This document shows positions 40,734-51,190 of a DNA stretch of 64,000 bases, piece after piece; the stretch's first letter is position 1, and each line of letters opens with the position of its first letter. Origin of the DNA: an uncultured Verrucomicrobiota bacterium (GTDB lineage Bacteria > Verrucomicrobiota > Verrucomicrobiia > Limisphaerales > UBA1412); NCBI GenBank assembly GCA_944389455.1, contig CALXMK010000011.1:4166-68165 (forward strand). The letters are read 5' to 3'. Below the pieces are notes generated by a model. That model saw only the letters and a list, made by a program, of their open reading frames with translations. It had not been told where the DNA came from and did no database searches. A program made the position numbers and the translations under genes.

Positions 40734-41141
40734 ATGTGGAAGTTATATGCTGTTCTTTCGGCAGTGTTTGCTGCATTAACCGCAATTTTCGCGAAAGTAG
40801 GTGTCAAGGATATCAATTCTGACTTGGCAACAGCTATTCGCACGACGGTCATTTTAGCTATTACTTGAGGAATTGTCTTGAGTCAGAATCTCTTACCAGG
40901 AATAAGAGAGGTGGAGAAACGGACTTGGATATTTTTGATTTTATCAGGAGCGGCCACGGGATTATCTTGGCTTTTCTATTTTAAAGCGCTTCAGTTGGGA
41001 GATGTCTCACGAGTGGCTCCCATTGATAAAATGAGTGTCATTATAACGATTTTGCTAGCATTTCTTTTCCTCAAGGAACCTGTTAATTTAAAGGTAATAT
41101 TGGGGATTACTACAGGGAGTATTATTCTTCTTTTTAAATAA
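40734..41141 (+). pseudogene. Small (about 135-codon) four-TM EamA/DMT-family transporter interrupted by one in-frame TGA
   Basis: ATG 40734 opens MWKLYAVLSAVFAALTAIFAKVGVKDINSDLATAIRTTVILAIT. An in-frame TGA follows at 40866-40868. The same frame continues GIVLSQNLLPG...WLFYFKALQLGDVSRVAPIDKMSVI... to TAA at 41141. Confidence 0.7.
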
Positions 41142-41319
41142 GTCCTGTGGTTTTTCTGGAAATACAGGGACTGAGTATAACCGTTTGCATATTAAACTTA
41201 TGGAGAAAGTTGCTATATGTTAGATTGATTTATGGGTATGACTTGACAAGAGTCTCTCTGAATGGCACTCTGGAATAGCACCCGGGGCGAGTTAGATGCC
41301 CCCTGAAATTTGATATATT

Positions 41320-43542
41320 ATGTCAGAAAATCAAACTCCCAAAGAAGGATGCTGCTGTTGCAGTAAAGCAGCATCAATTGATCCTATTTTTAATCCTAAA
41401 TCAGTCGCCGTTGTCGGAGCGACCGAGAAGCCTAATTCCGTAGGACGAACCGTCCTCTGGAATTTGATCAGCAGCCCGTTTGGAGGTCCTGTATTTCCCA
41501 TCAATCCTAAGCGTCCTAGCGTTTTGGGAATTAAAGCATATCCGAGTTTATCCGAATGTCCGGGAGAGGTGGATCTGATTGTAGTTTGTACTCCGGCCAA
41601 AACGGTGCGCGGTATTGTAGCCGAAGCTGTTCAAAAAGGAGTCAAAGGGGCCGTTATCATTTCCGCTGGTTTTAAAGAGATTGGACCTGAAGGTGTGGAA
41701 ATGGAAAGACAGCTAATGGAAGAGGCTTCCAAGAGCGGTTTGCGCATTGTAGGGCCAAACTGTTTGGGTATTATGAATCCGGTGGGAGGAGTAAATGCTT
41801 CTTTTGCTCCGGCAGTAGCATCTCCGGGCAATGTGGCTTTCATTAGCCAGAGCGGCGCATTGGGATGTGCCGTATTGGATTGGTGCGCGCAGAATGGAAT
41901 TGGCCTCTCTTGCTTTGCTTCTATCGGGTCTATGATGGATGTTAATTGGGGAGATTTGATTTCATTCTTGGGTGAAGATGAGAATACGCAGAGCATCGCT
42001 ATTTATATGGAGTCAATTGGAGATGCTCCTTCATTCCTTGCTGCGGCGGCTAAAGTAACTCCCAAAAAACCGATCATTGTGATTAAGCCAGGGCGCACCG
42101 CAGGTGCGGCCAAAGCTGCCGCTTCTCATACGGGATCCATGACCGGTTCAGATGATGTATTGGATGCAGCTTTCAAGAGGGTAGGAGTAGTGCGGGTTAC
42201 TGAAATCTCTGAGTTTTATAGTATGTTTAACGCACTGGCCCGTCAGCCGCTGCCCCAGGGCAATCGTCTGACTGTTATCACCAACGCTGGAGGCCCTGGC
42301 GTATTGTGTACGGATGCACTGATTTTGGGCGGTGGTGTTTTGGCCAGTGTCTCACCGGAGACGGTTGAACAGCTCAATACTTTCTTGCCTGCGGCTTGGA
42401 GCCATAGCAATCCGATTGATATTTTGGGGGATGCCAGCCCGGATGCTTATGCGAGAACACTGGAGGTTGCCGGCAACGACCCTGCTAGCGATGGTTTGCT
42501 GGTGATTTTAACTCCCCAATCGGTAACCAAGCCGACAGAAACGGCCGAACAGCTAAAGAAGTTCGGTAAGATTGCCGGCAAGCCGGTTTATGCTAGCTGG
42601 ATGGGGGGAGAAATTGTTGCCAAAGGACAGGAGATTTTGACAGCGGCCGGAGTGCCTGTCTTTGCTGAACCCGATATGGCGGCCAAGGTCTTTACAATGC
42701 TCTATGGCTATAAGAAGAACCTGGAGGCGCTTTCTGTTCCAGGAGAAGAGAGTCAGAGCGAAGAGGATCGTGCTAAATCGCGTGAGACTGCTGCTGCGAT
42801 CATTGATGCGGTCCGTGCTTCTGGGCGTACAATTTTAACTGAGTATGAGTCTAAGAAGCTACTCACCGCTTACGGAATCAATACTGTTCAAACAGAGATC
42901 GCCCGTACAGAAGAAGATGCTATTAAGCTAGCAGAAGGGATGAAATTCCCTGTAGTAGCCAAGCTTCTTTCTGAGACAATTACTCATAAGACCGATGTAG
43001 GCGGAGTAAAACTGAATTTACAGTCTCCTGAGGATGTGCGCAATGCCTTTGTAGAAATTAAGACATCCGTTTCCAATAATCCGAAATGGGGACCGGAGCA
43101 TTTCCAAGGCGTGACTATTCAACAAATGGTCAAGCAGGATGGTTATGAGATTATTCTCGGATCCAGCCTGGATCCTCAATTTGGACCTGTTCTGCTCTTT
43201 GGTATGGGCGGACAGCTGGTAGAAGTTTTTAAGGATAAGGCATTAGGACTGCCACCGCTGAATACGACTCATGCCCGTATGATGTTTGAACAGACTAAGA
43301 TCTTTAAGGCTCTCAAGGGAGTTCGTGGTCGTAAGTCTGTGGATATGAAAGTATTGGAAAATCTTATGGTTCAATTTTCCAGAATAGTAGCTGAGCAGCC
43401 TTGGATTAAGGAAATGGATATCAATCCTCTGTTAGCTTCTGAAGAGCAAATCATTGCGTTGGATGCTCGTGTTATTCTGCATGATTTGAATACACCAGAG
43501 GAGAAACTTTCCAAACCAGCTATTCGTTGCTGTAAGAAGTAA
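41320..43542 (+). CDS. ADP-forming acetyl-CoA synthetase (acetate--CoA ligase family; fused CoA-binding, ligase and ATP-grasp domains)
   Basis: [20 protein letters not shown] CoA-binding start, [14 protein letters not shown], phosphohistidine-loop-like [10 protein letters not shown], and a C-terminal ATP-grasp domain (EYESKKLL...FPVVAKL). Confidence 0.8.
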   Translation: MSENQTPKEGCCCCSKAASIDPIFNPKSVAVVGATEKPNSVGRTVLWNLISSPFGGPVFPINPKRPSVLGIKAYPSLSECPGEVDLIVVCTPAKTVRGIVAEAVQKGVKGAVIISAGFKEIGPEGVEMERQLMEEASKSGLRIVGPNCLGIMNPVGGVNASFAPAVASPGNVAFISQSGALGCAVLDWCAQNGIGLSCFASIGSMMDVNWGDLISFLGEDENTQSIAIYMESIGDAPSFLAAAAKVTPKKPIIVIKPGRTAGAAKAAASHTGSMTGSDDVLDAAFKRVGVVRVTEISEFYSMFNALARQPLPQGNRLTVITNAGGPGVLCTDALILGGGVLASVSPETVEQLNTFLPAAWSHSNPIDILGDASPDAYARTLEVAGNDPASDGLLVILTPQSVTKPTETAEQLKKFGKIAGKPVYASWMGGEIVAKGQEILTAAGVPVFAEPDMAAKVFTMLYGYKKNLEALSVPGEESQSEEDRAKSRETAAAIIDAVRASGRTILTEYESKKLLTAYGINTVQTEIARTEEDAIKLAEGMKFPVVAKLLSETITHKTDVGGVKLNLQSPEDVRNAFVEIKTSVSNNPKWGPEHFQGVTIQQMVKQDGYEIILGSSLDPQFGPVLLFGMGGQLVEVFKDKALGLPPLNTTHARMMFEQTKIFKALKGVRGRKSVDMKVLENLMVQFSRIVAEQPWIKEMDINPLLASEEQIIALDARVILHDLNTPEEKLSKPAIRCCKK

Positions 43543-43571
43543 AAAGGATAAATTTACAGCTAGATTTTGAG

Positions 43572-43610
43572 ATACCGCCGGAGTTTATAAGAGCTTCGGC
43601 GGTATTTTTA
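43572..43610 (+). terminator. Rho-independent terminator
   Basis: Stem ataccgccg (43572-43580) pairs with cggcggtat (43597-43605), followed by TTTTTA. Confidence 0.75.
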
Positions 43611-43838
43611 TGAGAAGAGAATGAGTGAAATTAGGGAAGGGAGATGGAATTATGTGATATTTACGGATAAATTGGTTTGACAGGAATTTGAATTTCGGGG
43701 ATAAAGAAGAAAATTAAGGAAAAAACTTTTCTTTTAGAGCTGAAATGTTATCATCAATAATTATTGAACAGAGGGCTTCTCTTTCTGCTGAGGAGGCAGG
43801 ATGATATCCTCTAAAAATAAAAGGAATAAACGAATTAT

Positions 43839-44732
43839 ATGCAACGTCGCGATTTTATAAAGTTGTCCGCAATGGCTGGTCTGGTGGCGGCTATTACTCC
43901 TGCCGCTAAAGCGTTCCAAATTCCAGATCCTGCTCAACCTGCTGAATTGAAAATCAGTCTTCAAGAGGGAGTCGCTCCCGGTAATAGTTTGAAAGAGAAA
44001 TTAGACTTCATGGAGGCCAATGGTATTGTTGGTTTGGAACCAGGAGGGGGAGGATTATCCAGAAGGGTTGAGGAATTTCAAAAAGCGCTGGAAGGTCGTA
44101 ATATTAAGATCAGTGCTATTTGTGCCGGATTTGAAGGAGTTCCGATGTCAGATGATCCAGCAGTGCGTCGTAAAGCGATAGACAGTATCAAAGAAATCAC
44201 TACGGCAGCTGGAGCTTTAGGTTCCACAGGGGTGATTTTTGTTCCAGCCTTTAATGGTCAGACCAAACTGGGGAATAAGGAAGGGCGTGAAATTCTTCTT
44301 AAAGAGGTGTTGCCGGAGTTGGCAGAACATGCCGAAAAATGTGGTACTCATGTCATTCTGGAACCTCTAAATAGAGGCGAGGCTTTCTTCTTGCGTCAGG
44401 TAGCGGATGCGGCTTCTATTTGTCGAGATGTCAATCGTCCCGGTTTGGCTCTTATGGGGGATTTTTGGCACATGACCTGGGAGGAAACTTCGGACTTTGC
44501 TGCTTTTATAGCTGGAGCTAAGTGGTTGTGGCATATTCATATTGCCAGCCGCCGCAATCGCTGTATTCCTGGAGAAGATGGAGAAGCTGATAATTATGTG
44601 GATGGTTTCAGAGGATTGAAGGCCATTGGCTATCGTCACTACATCAGTTTTGAGTGTGGAGCAAAAGGCCCTCGTGAAAAGGCAATCCCGGCAGCTTGTA
44701 AGCTTATGCGTGAACAATGGGAACAAGCCTGA
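43839..44732 (+). CDS. TAT-exported xylose-isomerase-like TIM-barrel protein (sugar phosphate isomerase/epimerase family)
   Basis: Twin-arginine signal MQRRDFIKLSAMAGLVAAITPAAKA. The body shows the typical pattern ILEPLNR...GDFWHM...HIHIASRRNR...ISFEC. Confidence 0.7.
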   Translation: MQRRDFIKLSAMAGLVAAITPAAKAFQIPDPAQPAELKISLQEGVAPGNSLKEKLDFMEANGIVGLEPGGGGLSRRVEEFQKALEGRNIKISAICAGFEGVPMSDDPAVRRKAIDSIKEITTAAGALGSTGVIFVPAFNGQTKLGNKEGREILLKEVLPELAEHAEKCGTHVILEPLNRGEAFFLRQVADAASICRDVNRPGLALMGDFWHMTWEETSDFAAFIAGAKWLWHIHIASRRNRCIPGEDGEADNYVDGFRGLKAIGYRHYISFECGAKGPREKAIPAACKLMREQWEQA

Positions 44733-44909
44733 GTTCTAAAATAAGAATATATTAATAAAAAAGAATAGCTTTCTTGAAAATCGTTTTCAGAAGGCTAAAC
44801 TGGTGGGAGCGAGTCCAATCTGGTCTCGCTCCCGGCATATATAGGAGGCACTCCCGGAAGAGGAGAGTGAATAGAGCGAGATTAAGCAGAGTATCTTTTG
44901 CAGAAATAT

Positions 44910-45740
44910 ATGGAAAATAGAGATTTTCCCATTGGTGTTTTTGATTCTGGGATAGGAGGTCTGACTGTTGTAAGGCAGATTCACAGTCTGATGCCTAATG
45001 AATCTATTATTTACCTGGGTGATACGGCACGAGTGCCGTATGGGACAAAGGCGCCGGAGACGATAATCCGTTTTGCTTGTGAAGATGCCCAGTTTCTCAT
45101 GGATCAAAAGGTCAAAGCGATCGTAGTTGCCTGTAATACGGCTTCTGCATGGGCTCTTCGGGAGTTGGAACGCAGGTTTGCTTTGCCTGTTTGCGGGGTT
45201 ATTACTCCGGGAGCGGAAACGGCTCTTATTGTCAGTCGCAATAAGCGTATAGGGGTCATAGGAACTACAGCTACAATTCTTAGCCAAGCCTACACTTATG
45301 CAATGAAAGATCGATTGCAGAAGATTCAGGTCTATTCGCAGGCCTGTCCTCTATTGGTTCCATTGGTTGAAGAGGGATGGCTTATGCATCCGATTACGCT
45401 TAAAGTTTTAGAGGAGTATCTTACCCCAATTGTTATAGAGCAGATTGACACTCTTATTTTGGGATGTACCCATTATCCTTTGCTTAAAAGAGCAATTCAA
45501 CAGGTAATACCTACGTTGGCTTCGCAGCCAATTGAGCTGATTGATTCAGCCGAAAGCTGTGCTCAGCATCTGCGGAGACGTTTAACTGATTTAGATTTGC
45601 TGACCAGTTCTGCGCAATTGGGGACAATTACTCCCTTTTTTACAGATGAGACTCCTAATTTTAAGAGAATCAGCAGTCGTTTTCTCGGAAGAAAACTCCC
45701 TTCGGCTACGAGGGTTCAGCTGAGAGAATATCTTCTCTAA
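44910..45740 (+). CDS. murI: Glutamate racemase
   Basis: IGVFDSGIGGLTV, VVACNTAS and LGCTHYPLL motifs. I prefer the ATG at 44910 over the TTG at 44898 in the ORF track. Confidence 0.93.
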   Translation: MENRDFPIGVFDSGIGGLTVVRQIHSLMPNESIIYLGDTARVPYGTKAPETIIRFACEDAQFLMDQKVKAIVVACNTASAWALRELERRFALPVCGVITPGAETALIVSRNKRIGVIGTTATILSQAYTYAMKDRLQKIQVYSQACPLLVPLVEEGWLMHPITLKVLEEYLTPIVIEQIDTLILGCTHYPLLKRAIQQVIPTLASQPIELIDSAESCAQHLRRRLTDLDLLTSSAQLGTITPFFTDETPNFKRISSRFLGRKLPSATRVQLREYLL

Positions 45741-45814
45741 AAAGAGGAAAACTCTCATTAATACTTCTTCTATTTTAGAAAGGAGTAAACATTGTAGGCA
45801 TTTGCGGAAAAGGG

Positions 45815-45844
45815 TTGAAAGAAAGATTTTAAATTAGATAAAAT
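45815..45844 (+). promoter_or_regulatory. Candidate promoter of the ABC/GldG/AsmA-like operon
   Basis: TTGAAA (45815-45820), an 18-nt spacer, then TAAAAT (45839-45844), 17 nt before the ATG at 45861. Confidence 0.3.
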
Positions 45845-45860
45845 ACGAAAGCGGAGTTTT

Positions 45861-46838
45861 ATGGGGGAAGAAAAAAGCGATTTAATGATCGAAGTTAAGA
45901 ACCTGACCAAGCGCTATGGAAATGTGGCCGCGATCAGCAATTTAAATTTTAGAGTCAAGCGAGGTGAGGTTGTCGGTCTGCTGGGCCCGAATGGTGCCGG
46001 TAAAAGCACGACATTGAAAATTCTTTCTACTTTCATGGCTGCGACTTCAGGGACGGCGAGAGTGGCTGGGTACGATGTATTTGATCAATCTGAAGAGGTA
46101 CGCCGTCGTATCGGATATATGCCGGAGAATAATCCTCTTAATCCGGATATGAGAGTAAGGGAGTATTTAAAGTTTCGAGGAAGGCTCAAGGGACTCAGTG
46201 CGGTGGAGAGTCGCCGAAGGACAGATTATGTACTCAAAGAGTGTGATATTGATGATGTTGAGTATAAAATAATAGGTCAGCTCTCGATGGGATATCGTCG
46301 GCGTGTAGGGATAGCTGATGCTATTATCAATGATCCAGAGTTGATTATTCTGGATGAGCCTACTTTAGGATTGGATCCCAATCAGATTCGGACAGCTCGT
46401 AATTTGATCAAGAAACTTCAGGGTAAGCATACTATTTTAATTTCGAGTCATATTTTGCATGAGGTGGAGATGACCTGCAACCGGGTAGTGATATTGCGTC
46501 AGGGGAAGATTCTGGTGTCGGATGATACCAAGCATTTGCAGTCGATTATGGGACAGGCAGCTCGGGTAGTGGCAGAGATTAAAGCTCCACTGGAAGATTT
46601 GAAGTTTTGCTGGAGGGATTTTGAAGGAATTGGGGGGGTAGATATTTCTGCGTCGGAGGGGGATTATTATCGTTGTGTGCTTTCGTTTAAGGCTGAAATT
46701 TCAGATCCCCGCGAGGATATTTTCCGCATGGTGCGTGAGAATAATTGGAATTTGCGTGAATTGACAATGCAACGTCCCTCTCTAGAAGATGTATTTATGT
46801 ATCTGACTCGGGAGAAGGAAGAGGAGGAAGATCTTTAA
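45861..46838 (+). CDS. ABC transporter ATP-binding protein (GldA / ABC-2 subfamily-like)
   Basis: Walker A GPNGAGKST, signature variant LSMGYRRRVGIA, Walker B LIILDEPTLGLD and H-loop SSHIL. Confidence 0.9.
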   Translation: MGEEKSDLMIEVKNLTKRYGNVAAISNLNFRVKRGEVVGLLGPNGAGKSTTLKILSTFMAATSGTARVAGYDVFDQSEEVRRRIGYMPENNPLNPDMRVREYLKFRGRLKGLSAVESRRRTDYVLKECDIDDVEYKIIGQLSMGYRRRVGIADAIINDPELIILDEPTLGLDPNQIRTARNLIKKLQGKHTILISSHILHEVEMTCNRVVILRQGKILVSDDTKHLQSIMGQAARVVAEIKAPLEDLKFCWRDFEGIGGVDISASEGDYYRCVLSFKAEISDPREDIFRMVRENNWNLRELTMQRPSLEDVFMYLTREKEEEEDL

Positions 46839-46858
46839 GAAGAATAAGAAAGAGGAGA

Positions 46859-47611
46859 ATGAATATTTTCTTTACATTATTTAGGAGGGAGCTAGGTGGC
46901 TATTTCAGCTCGCTCAATGGATATGTGATTATCAGTTCAGCTCTGGTATTGGTGGGGGCTTGTTTTTCGGATCTGGTGGTGAGACTGAATACTCATCCGA
47001 CGGATATGACTTTGCCGACGATGTTTTTTTCATCCTGGTATTTTTGGCTGATCATGTTGCTTTCCTCACCTTTAATCACTATGCGTTCTTTTGCCAAAGA
47101 GAAATCTAATGGAACTTATGAGACGCTGATGACAGCTCCTGTAAATGATTGGCAGGTGTTAATGAGTAAATTCTGTGGAGCGCTCTTTTTCTACGCGATG
47201 ATCTGGATGCCGGTAATGTTTTCAATGCTGATTTTGAGAATGTATATAGATAATGCGCTTATAGTGAGTATTCCGGGAGTGTTTACCTCTTATTTCGGAG
47301 TCCTTGTTGTAGGGATGTTGTATATGGCAATTGGCTGTTTCAGCTCGGCGGTTACCAAAAGTCAAATTGTGGCGGGGATGCTTAGTTTTACCTTGGGAAT
47401 GGGTGTGTTTATGCTGGGATATCGGAGCTTTTTTGAGAATACGGAGACCAATCAGCTGGTAGAGCTGATGTCTCGTTTGTCCGTGGCAGCTTATGTAGAG
47501 GAGTGTTCCCGAGGAATTATTGATACACGACCGTTACTTTTCGCGTTGACGCTGACGTTTTTCTTTCTGTTTGTCACTTATCAAGTTTTACAAAGGAGAA
47601 GATGGAAATGA
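46859..47611 (+). CDS. ABC-2 type permease (GldF-like)
   Basis: Six predicted hydrophobic helices. An AGGAG RBS lies upstream. The stop overlaps the next gene's start (ATGGAAATGA). Confidence 0.7.
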   Translation: MNIFFTLFRRELGGYFSSLNGYVIISSALVLVGACFSDLVVRLNTHPTDMTLPTMFFSSWYFWLIMLLSSPLITMRSFAKEKSNGTYETLMTAPVNDWQVLMSKFCGALFFYAMIWMPVMFSMLILRMYIDNALIVSIPGVFTSYFGVLVVGMLYMAIGCFSSAVTKSQIVAGMLSFTLGMGVFMLGYRSFFENTETNQLVELMSRLSVAAYVEECSRGIIDTRPLLFALTLTFFFLFVTYQVLQRRRWK

Positions 47612-49110
47612 ATCAGTCAGAGAAGATTAGTTTTTCAGTAGAGCGTCGTCGGCGCATTGCGTTGAATGTAGTGGGGTCCATTGTAGGGTTATTAGCCATT
47701 TTGATTTTTTTGAACATTCTCGGAATGAGGCATTTTATCCGTTTGCATTTAGATTCACGGGATTCTTCGAAACTTTCACCAATGACGACGGAAGCTCTCA
47801 AAAAGTTAGAGAGAGATGTCAAGGTGATCCTTCTCTTTGAGAAGGAGCTTCCGCTATATTCCTCAATTGATAATCTGTTGAGAGAGTATGAGAACGCTTC
47901 ACCCCGCATTAGTGTGGAGCGCGTCGATTATACGCGTGAGCCTCAGCGGGCAGAGAATATCAAGAAGAGATATCAGTTGGTTTTGCCAGAACTGAAGGAG
48001 AAGACCTACTTCCGCAATCTGGTTATTTTTGATATCCCAGGGAGAACTCCTCGGGTGATTTATGAGAAGGAGTTTTCGGATTTTAATGTAAATAACTATG
48101 TTTCCGGAAAGGAGTCTGAGATTAAAAGAGTGACATTTAAGGGGGAGATGCTTTTTACGGGAGCTCTGGTTTCTTTGCTGGAATCCAGCCAGAAAATCGC
48201 TTATTTTTCAGAGGGACATCGAGAACATAGCTTGAAAGATGATAATGTGAACAGCGGATATTCTAAATTTGCAGAAATTCTTAAACAAAGCAATATAGAG
48301 GTCAAGGGGCTGAGTATTTGGTCAGAAAAAGAGATTCCAGCGGATTGTTCTCTTCTCATTGTGGGCGGCCCTCAGGATTTGCTTACGGAAGATGAGATTA
48401 CAAAGATAGATAATTATCTTAGTCGAGGTGGAAGTTTATTGGTTTTAATGCCTCAATTAGGAAAGACGGGGTTAGAGCCGTTGATGAAGGATTGGGGAAT
48501 AGATGTTAAAGATCAGCTGGTATATGATCCTGTTTCCCATTGGAATTATAATCCTGTAGTAACAAATTTTAATTCTCAGAGTCCGATCAGCCGTCCTCTT
48601 TTTGGGAGTATGCTGTTATTGCCTCTTTGCCGGGAGGTTAGCAAATCTTCCACAGCGATTCGTGGACCTGATGCGCCTCAGGTAGTAGAGTTGTTCCGCA
48701 GCAGTACTTCCGGAATGGGGGTCAGCTTAAATCAAAAGGGAGAAGTAGTAACTGAAGAGGGAGAGCAACCTGCGGAATTGAGTATGGCGGCATCAGTGGA
48801 GAAAGGTGCTTTGGCTGGCGTTCGATTTGGAAGAGGTACTACTCGTATCGTAGTAATTGGAAATTCCCGTTTTTTTGATAACCGTTGGCTGGATGCAACT
48901 CCCGCGAACCGGGATTTTACAGTACTTGCTTTGAATTGGCTTTTGGATCGAACTCAGCTTATGGGAGGTGTAGGCCCTAAAGCTATTTTGGAGTATCAGC
49001 TGAGTATGAGTCAGGCTCAACTCCATTTGCTGGTTCTTATCATGATATTGATCGTGCCTGGCTGTGTTATGGGGTTAGGGATGATAGTTTGGTTTTGGCG
49101 CCGAAATTAG
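47602..49110 (+). CDS. GldG-like ABC transporter auxiliary component
   Basis: N- and C-terminal TM anchors. RIVVIGNSRFFDNRWL...NRDFTVLALNWLL matches the typical GldG / ABC_transp_aux C-terminal pattern. Confidence 0.65.
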   Translation: MEMNQSEKISFSVERRRRIALNVVGSIVGLLAILIFLNILGMRHFIRLHLDSRDSSKLSPMTTEALKKLERDVKVILLFEKELPLYSSIDNLLREYENASPRISVERVDYTREPQRAENIKKRYQLVLPELKEKTYFRNLVIFDIPGRTPRVIYEKEFSDFNVNNYVSGKESEIKRVTFKGEMLFTGALVSLLESSQKIAYFSEGHREHSLKDDNVNSGYSKFAEILKQSNIEVKGLSIWSEKEIPADCSLLIVGGPQDLLTEDEITKIDNYLSRGGSLLVLMPQLGKTGLEPLMKDWGIDVKDQLVYDPVSHWNYNPVVTNFNSQSPISRPLFGSMLLLPLCREVSKSSTAIRGPDAPQVVELFRSSTSGMGVSLNQKGEVVTEEGEQPAELSMAASVEKGALAGVRFGRGTTRIVVIGNSRFFDNRWLDATPANRDFTVLALNWLLDRTQLMGGVGPKAILEYQLSMSQAQLHLLVLIMILIVPGCVMGLGMIVWFWRRN

Positions 49111-49138
49111 GGGCTAAAAGTAGAGGATGTAGCGTATT

Positions 49139-51190
49139 ATGATGAAGTCGGGACTTACCTGGGTATTCATTTTTTTGGCTTGCACCCTGGGGGTGATTGT
49201 TTTTTGGTTTGACCAGAGTTCTCCAACACCTGAAATGAGTAAAGGAGAGAGGGGATTACTTTTTCCTCATTGGGAACCGTATAGAGTGCAATCGATTGAT
49301 TTTTTCTATGCTACAAATCGCTTTGTAAGAATACAGAAGCGGGGTAAACATTGGGATTTGAATGCACCTCTCCATTATCCGGCGAATGAACCTTTGTTAG
49401 AGGAAATTATTCGGCAGGTAGGGGAGTTGTATGCTGATCGACATATTACCGGACAGGAGTTAGAGCGGTATAAAAGCGGTTTAGGGGATTATGGAATCAG
49501 TGCTTTTCATTATTCATTGATTTTGCAGCATGGAGATGAACGGATAGAGATCCGCTTGGGGAATAAAACGGTAGGTGAGGATGAGGTTTTCTTTCAGCTG
49601 ATTGGTCGTGAGGGGATTTTTCTGGGAAATGCTAAATTGTTAAATTTGATTCCGAAATCGGAATCGGGATGGAGGGATAGTCGTGTAGTTCGTTTAGATA
49701 AAGAGCGTGTTTGCCAGATTGATTTTAAGGCACCGGTTCCGTATGGGATTGATTTGCGCCGACGTGAAAATGAATCTCGGCGTTGGGATATTTATGATCC
49801 TACTCCTATGCGTGCTGATGCAGAGAAGATTGAGGGCCTGATGGATTTATTTGAGAATTGGAGGGTTGAGAAGTTTGTGACTGATTTCCCTTTAAGAAGA
49901 GAGGAAGGGTTGGATCAGTATGGACTGAGGTATCCTAAGGCACAGATTACTTTTCTGTCGGAGCCTTTTGAGGAAGTAGTAGAACGAACTGGCGATAAAG
50001 AAAAGAAAGAGACTCAGCTAGAGAAAATTACGGTTCAATTTGGGAATATCAATCAGAATAATACAGAGATGGCTTATATTGGTTTGGAGAGCGATTCGAT
50101 GACCAATATTGTGATGGCTAAGAGTGAGTTTTTAAATGATTTAATGAAACCCTGGCAATCATTTGTTGATCCTCATTTGTGGAATGTGTTTTCTAATGAA
50201 GTCAGATCTGTGATTTTCACAAGTCTTCCTGCAGAAGAAGATGAAACAGGGAGTTCTTTTATTTTGGAGAAAAACGCGTTGAGTGATCATTGGCAGGCCA
50301 GAGGATTAGAGGCAGGATCGCTTAGCGGTACAAATATTTATCCAGTGGATGAAGAGGTTGTCCAGTGGTTAATGAATGCCTTATGCCAGACAGAGATTAC
50401 AGCGGTAGCTAAGGATTTGGTTACTGATTATACTCCATTTGGATTGAAAAAACCATTTCAATGGATAAGGGTAAATCGGCATGGAGGGGTATCAGATCAG
50501 CAGGTAAACTTTGCCAGAGTAAATAGGGGGGAGTCAGTTTTCATTCCCGATTTAGAGAAAAAGACTGATTTAGAGACGGCGGAACCTAAGAGTAAATCCA
50601 AGTCTCAGAGTGAGGCTTTTCGTTATTATATTCGACGGTTGGAGAACCGTGCTGATGGTATTCCGGAGGAGATGGCCGTTCATGCGGTCAGCGAGGAGAG
50701 TGCGCTTAAATTTCCTATTGAAGCGTTTCAGCTTTATCCGCGAAATATTATGAATTTTACGACGAATGATTTTGTGCAGATAACTTTTACCTATCAGGAT
50801 CGCAAGGCGATTATCGAGCGAGATTTGGTAGGAGGATATAAAGTGGTAGGGTACCAGGGAAAACTGCCTGAGCCGATTTTAATGCTGATAGATGAATTTG
50901 TCTATCGTTTGGGAGAATTTAGAGTGGATAGCTGGATTTATCGAGGAGATAAACTACCTGAGGAGTATGAAATTAAACCAGATGGACGTTCTTTGAAAAT
51001 ACAATATTTGAATCGGGGAAATATTGAGGATTGTGAATTGATTTTTGGAGAAATATGGGTAGCGGGTACGCCGATTGCTGTCATTGAGATAGATGACAAA
51101 TTATGGGTTTTCAAATTCCCTTTGAGAATCTATGACTATTATCAAGATTTATTGAATGTATTAATGGGGAGAACTTATCTTGGAAGATAG
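49139..51190 (+). CDS. DUF4340-like membrane-anchored protein
   Basis: N-terminal TM helix (LTWVFIFLACTLGVIVFWF). It sits directly after a GldG-like gene, the usual DUF4340 context. It has no catalytic motifs that I can recognise. Confidence 0.4.
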   Translation: MMKSGLTWVFIFLACTLGVIVFWFDQSSPTPEMSKGERGLLFPHWEPYRVQSIDFFYATNRFVRIQKRGKHWDLNAPLHYPANEPLLEEIIRQVGELYADRHITGQELERYKSGLGDYGISAFHYSLILQHGDERIEIRLGNKTVGEDEVFFQLIGREGIFLGNAKLLNLIPKSESGWRDSRVVRLDKERVCQIDFKAPVPYGIDLRRRENESRRWDIYDPTPMRADAEKIEGLMDLFENWRVEKFVTDFPLRREEGLDQYGLRYPKAQITFLSEPFEEVVERTGDKEKKETQLEKITVQFGNINQNNTEMAYIGLESDSMTNIVMAKSEFLNDLMKPWQSFVDPHLWNVFSNEVRSVIFTSLPAEEDETGSSFILEKNALSDHWQARGLEAGSLSGTNIYPVDEEVVQWLMNALCQTEITAVAKDLVTDYTPFGLKKPFQWIRVNRHGGVSDQQVNFARVNRGESVFIPDLEKKTDLETAEPKSKSKSQSEAFRYYIRRLENRADGIPEEMAVHAVSEESALKFPIEAFQLYPRNIMNFTTNDFVQITFTYQDRKAIIERDLVGGYKVVGYQGKLPEPILMLIDEFVYRLGEFRVDSWIYRGDKLPEEYEIKPDGRSLKIQYLNRGNIEDCELIFGEIWVAGTPIAVIEIDDKLWVFKFPLRIYDYYQDLLNVLMGRTYLGR

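Noticed and set aside
40526-40852. A 108-aa minus-strand ORF spanning the GLUG/EamA divergent spacer.
   Set aside because: It overlaps the 5' end of the EamA-like reading frame on the other strand and the promoter and leader elements. Its translation has no recognisable features and is likely spurious.
40866-40868. The in-frame TGA in the EamA-like gene might indicate TGA reassignment (genetic code 4 or 25).
   Set aside because: TGA ends several well-formed genes at the expected protein C-termini (ABC exporter at 19752, LbH at 29182, kinase at 37872, TIM-barrel at 44732, ABC-2 permease at 47611). No other conserved gene needs TGA read-through. Standard code 11 fits, so a local nonsense mutation or sequencing error is simpler.
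41243-41280. TTGACA, and a TGGCAC…TAGCA sigma-54-like string, upstream of the acetyl-CoA synthetase gene.
   Set aside because: No acceptable -10 hexamer lies 16-18 nt after TTGACA. The GG-to-GC spacing of the sigma-54-like string is 3 nt too long for the -24/-12 consensus.
41350-41361. Four consecutive Cys codons (CCCC) near the N-terminus of the acetyl-CoA synthetase.
   Set aside because: It is curious, but it lies in the short non-conserved leader before the CoA-binding domain. There is no alternative in-frame start to test, and no basis for a functional claim from sequence alone.
44805-44833. A perfect 9-bp GC-rich hairpin (gggagcgag…ctcgctccc) between the TIM-barrel gene and murI.
   Set aside because: No U-tract follows on either strand and I saw no second copy in the window. 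It could be a weak terminator or a stability element, and the evidence is insufficient to call it.
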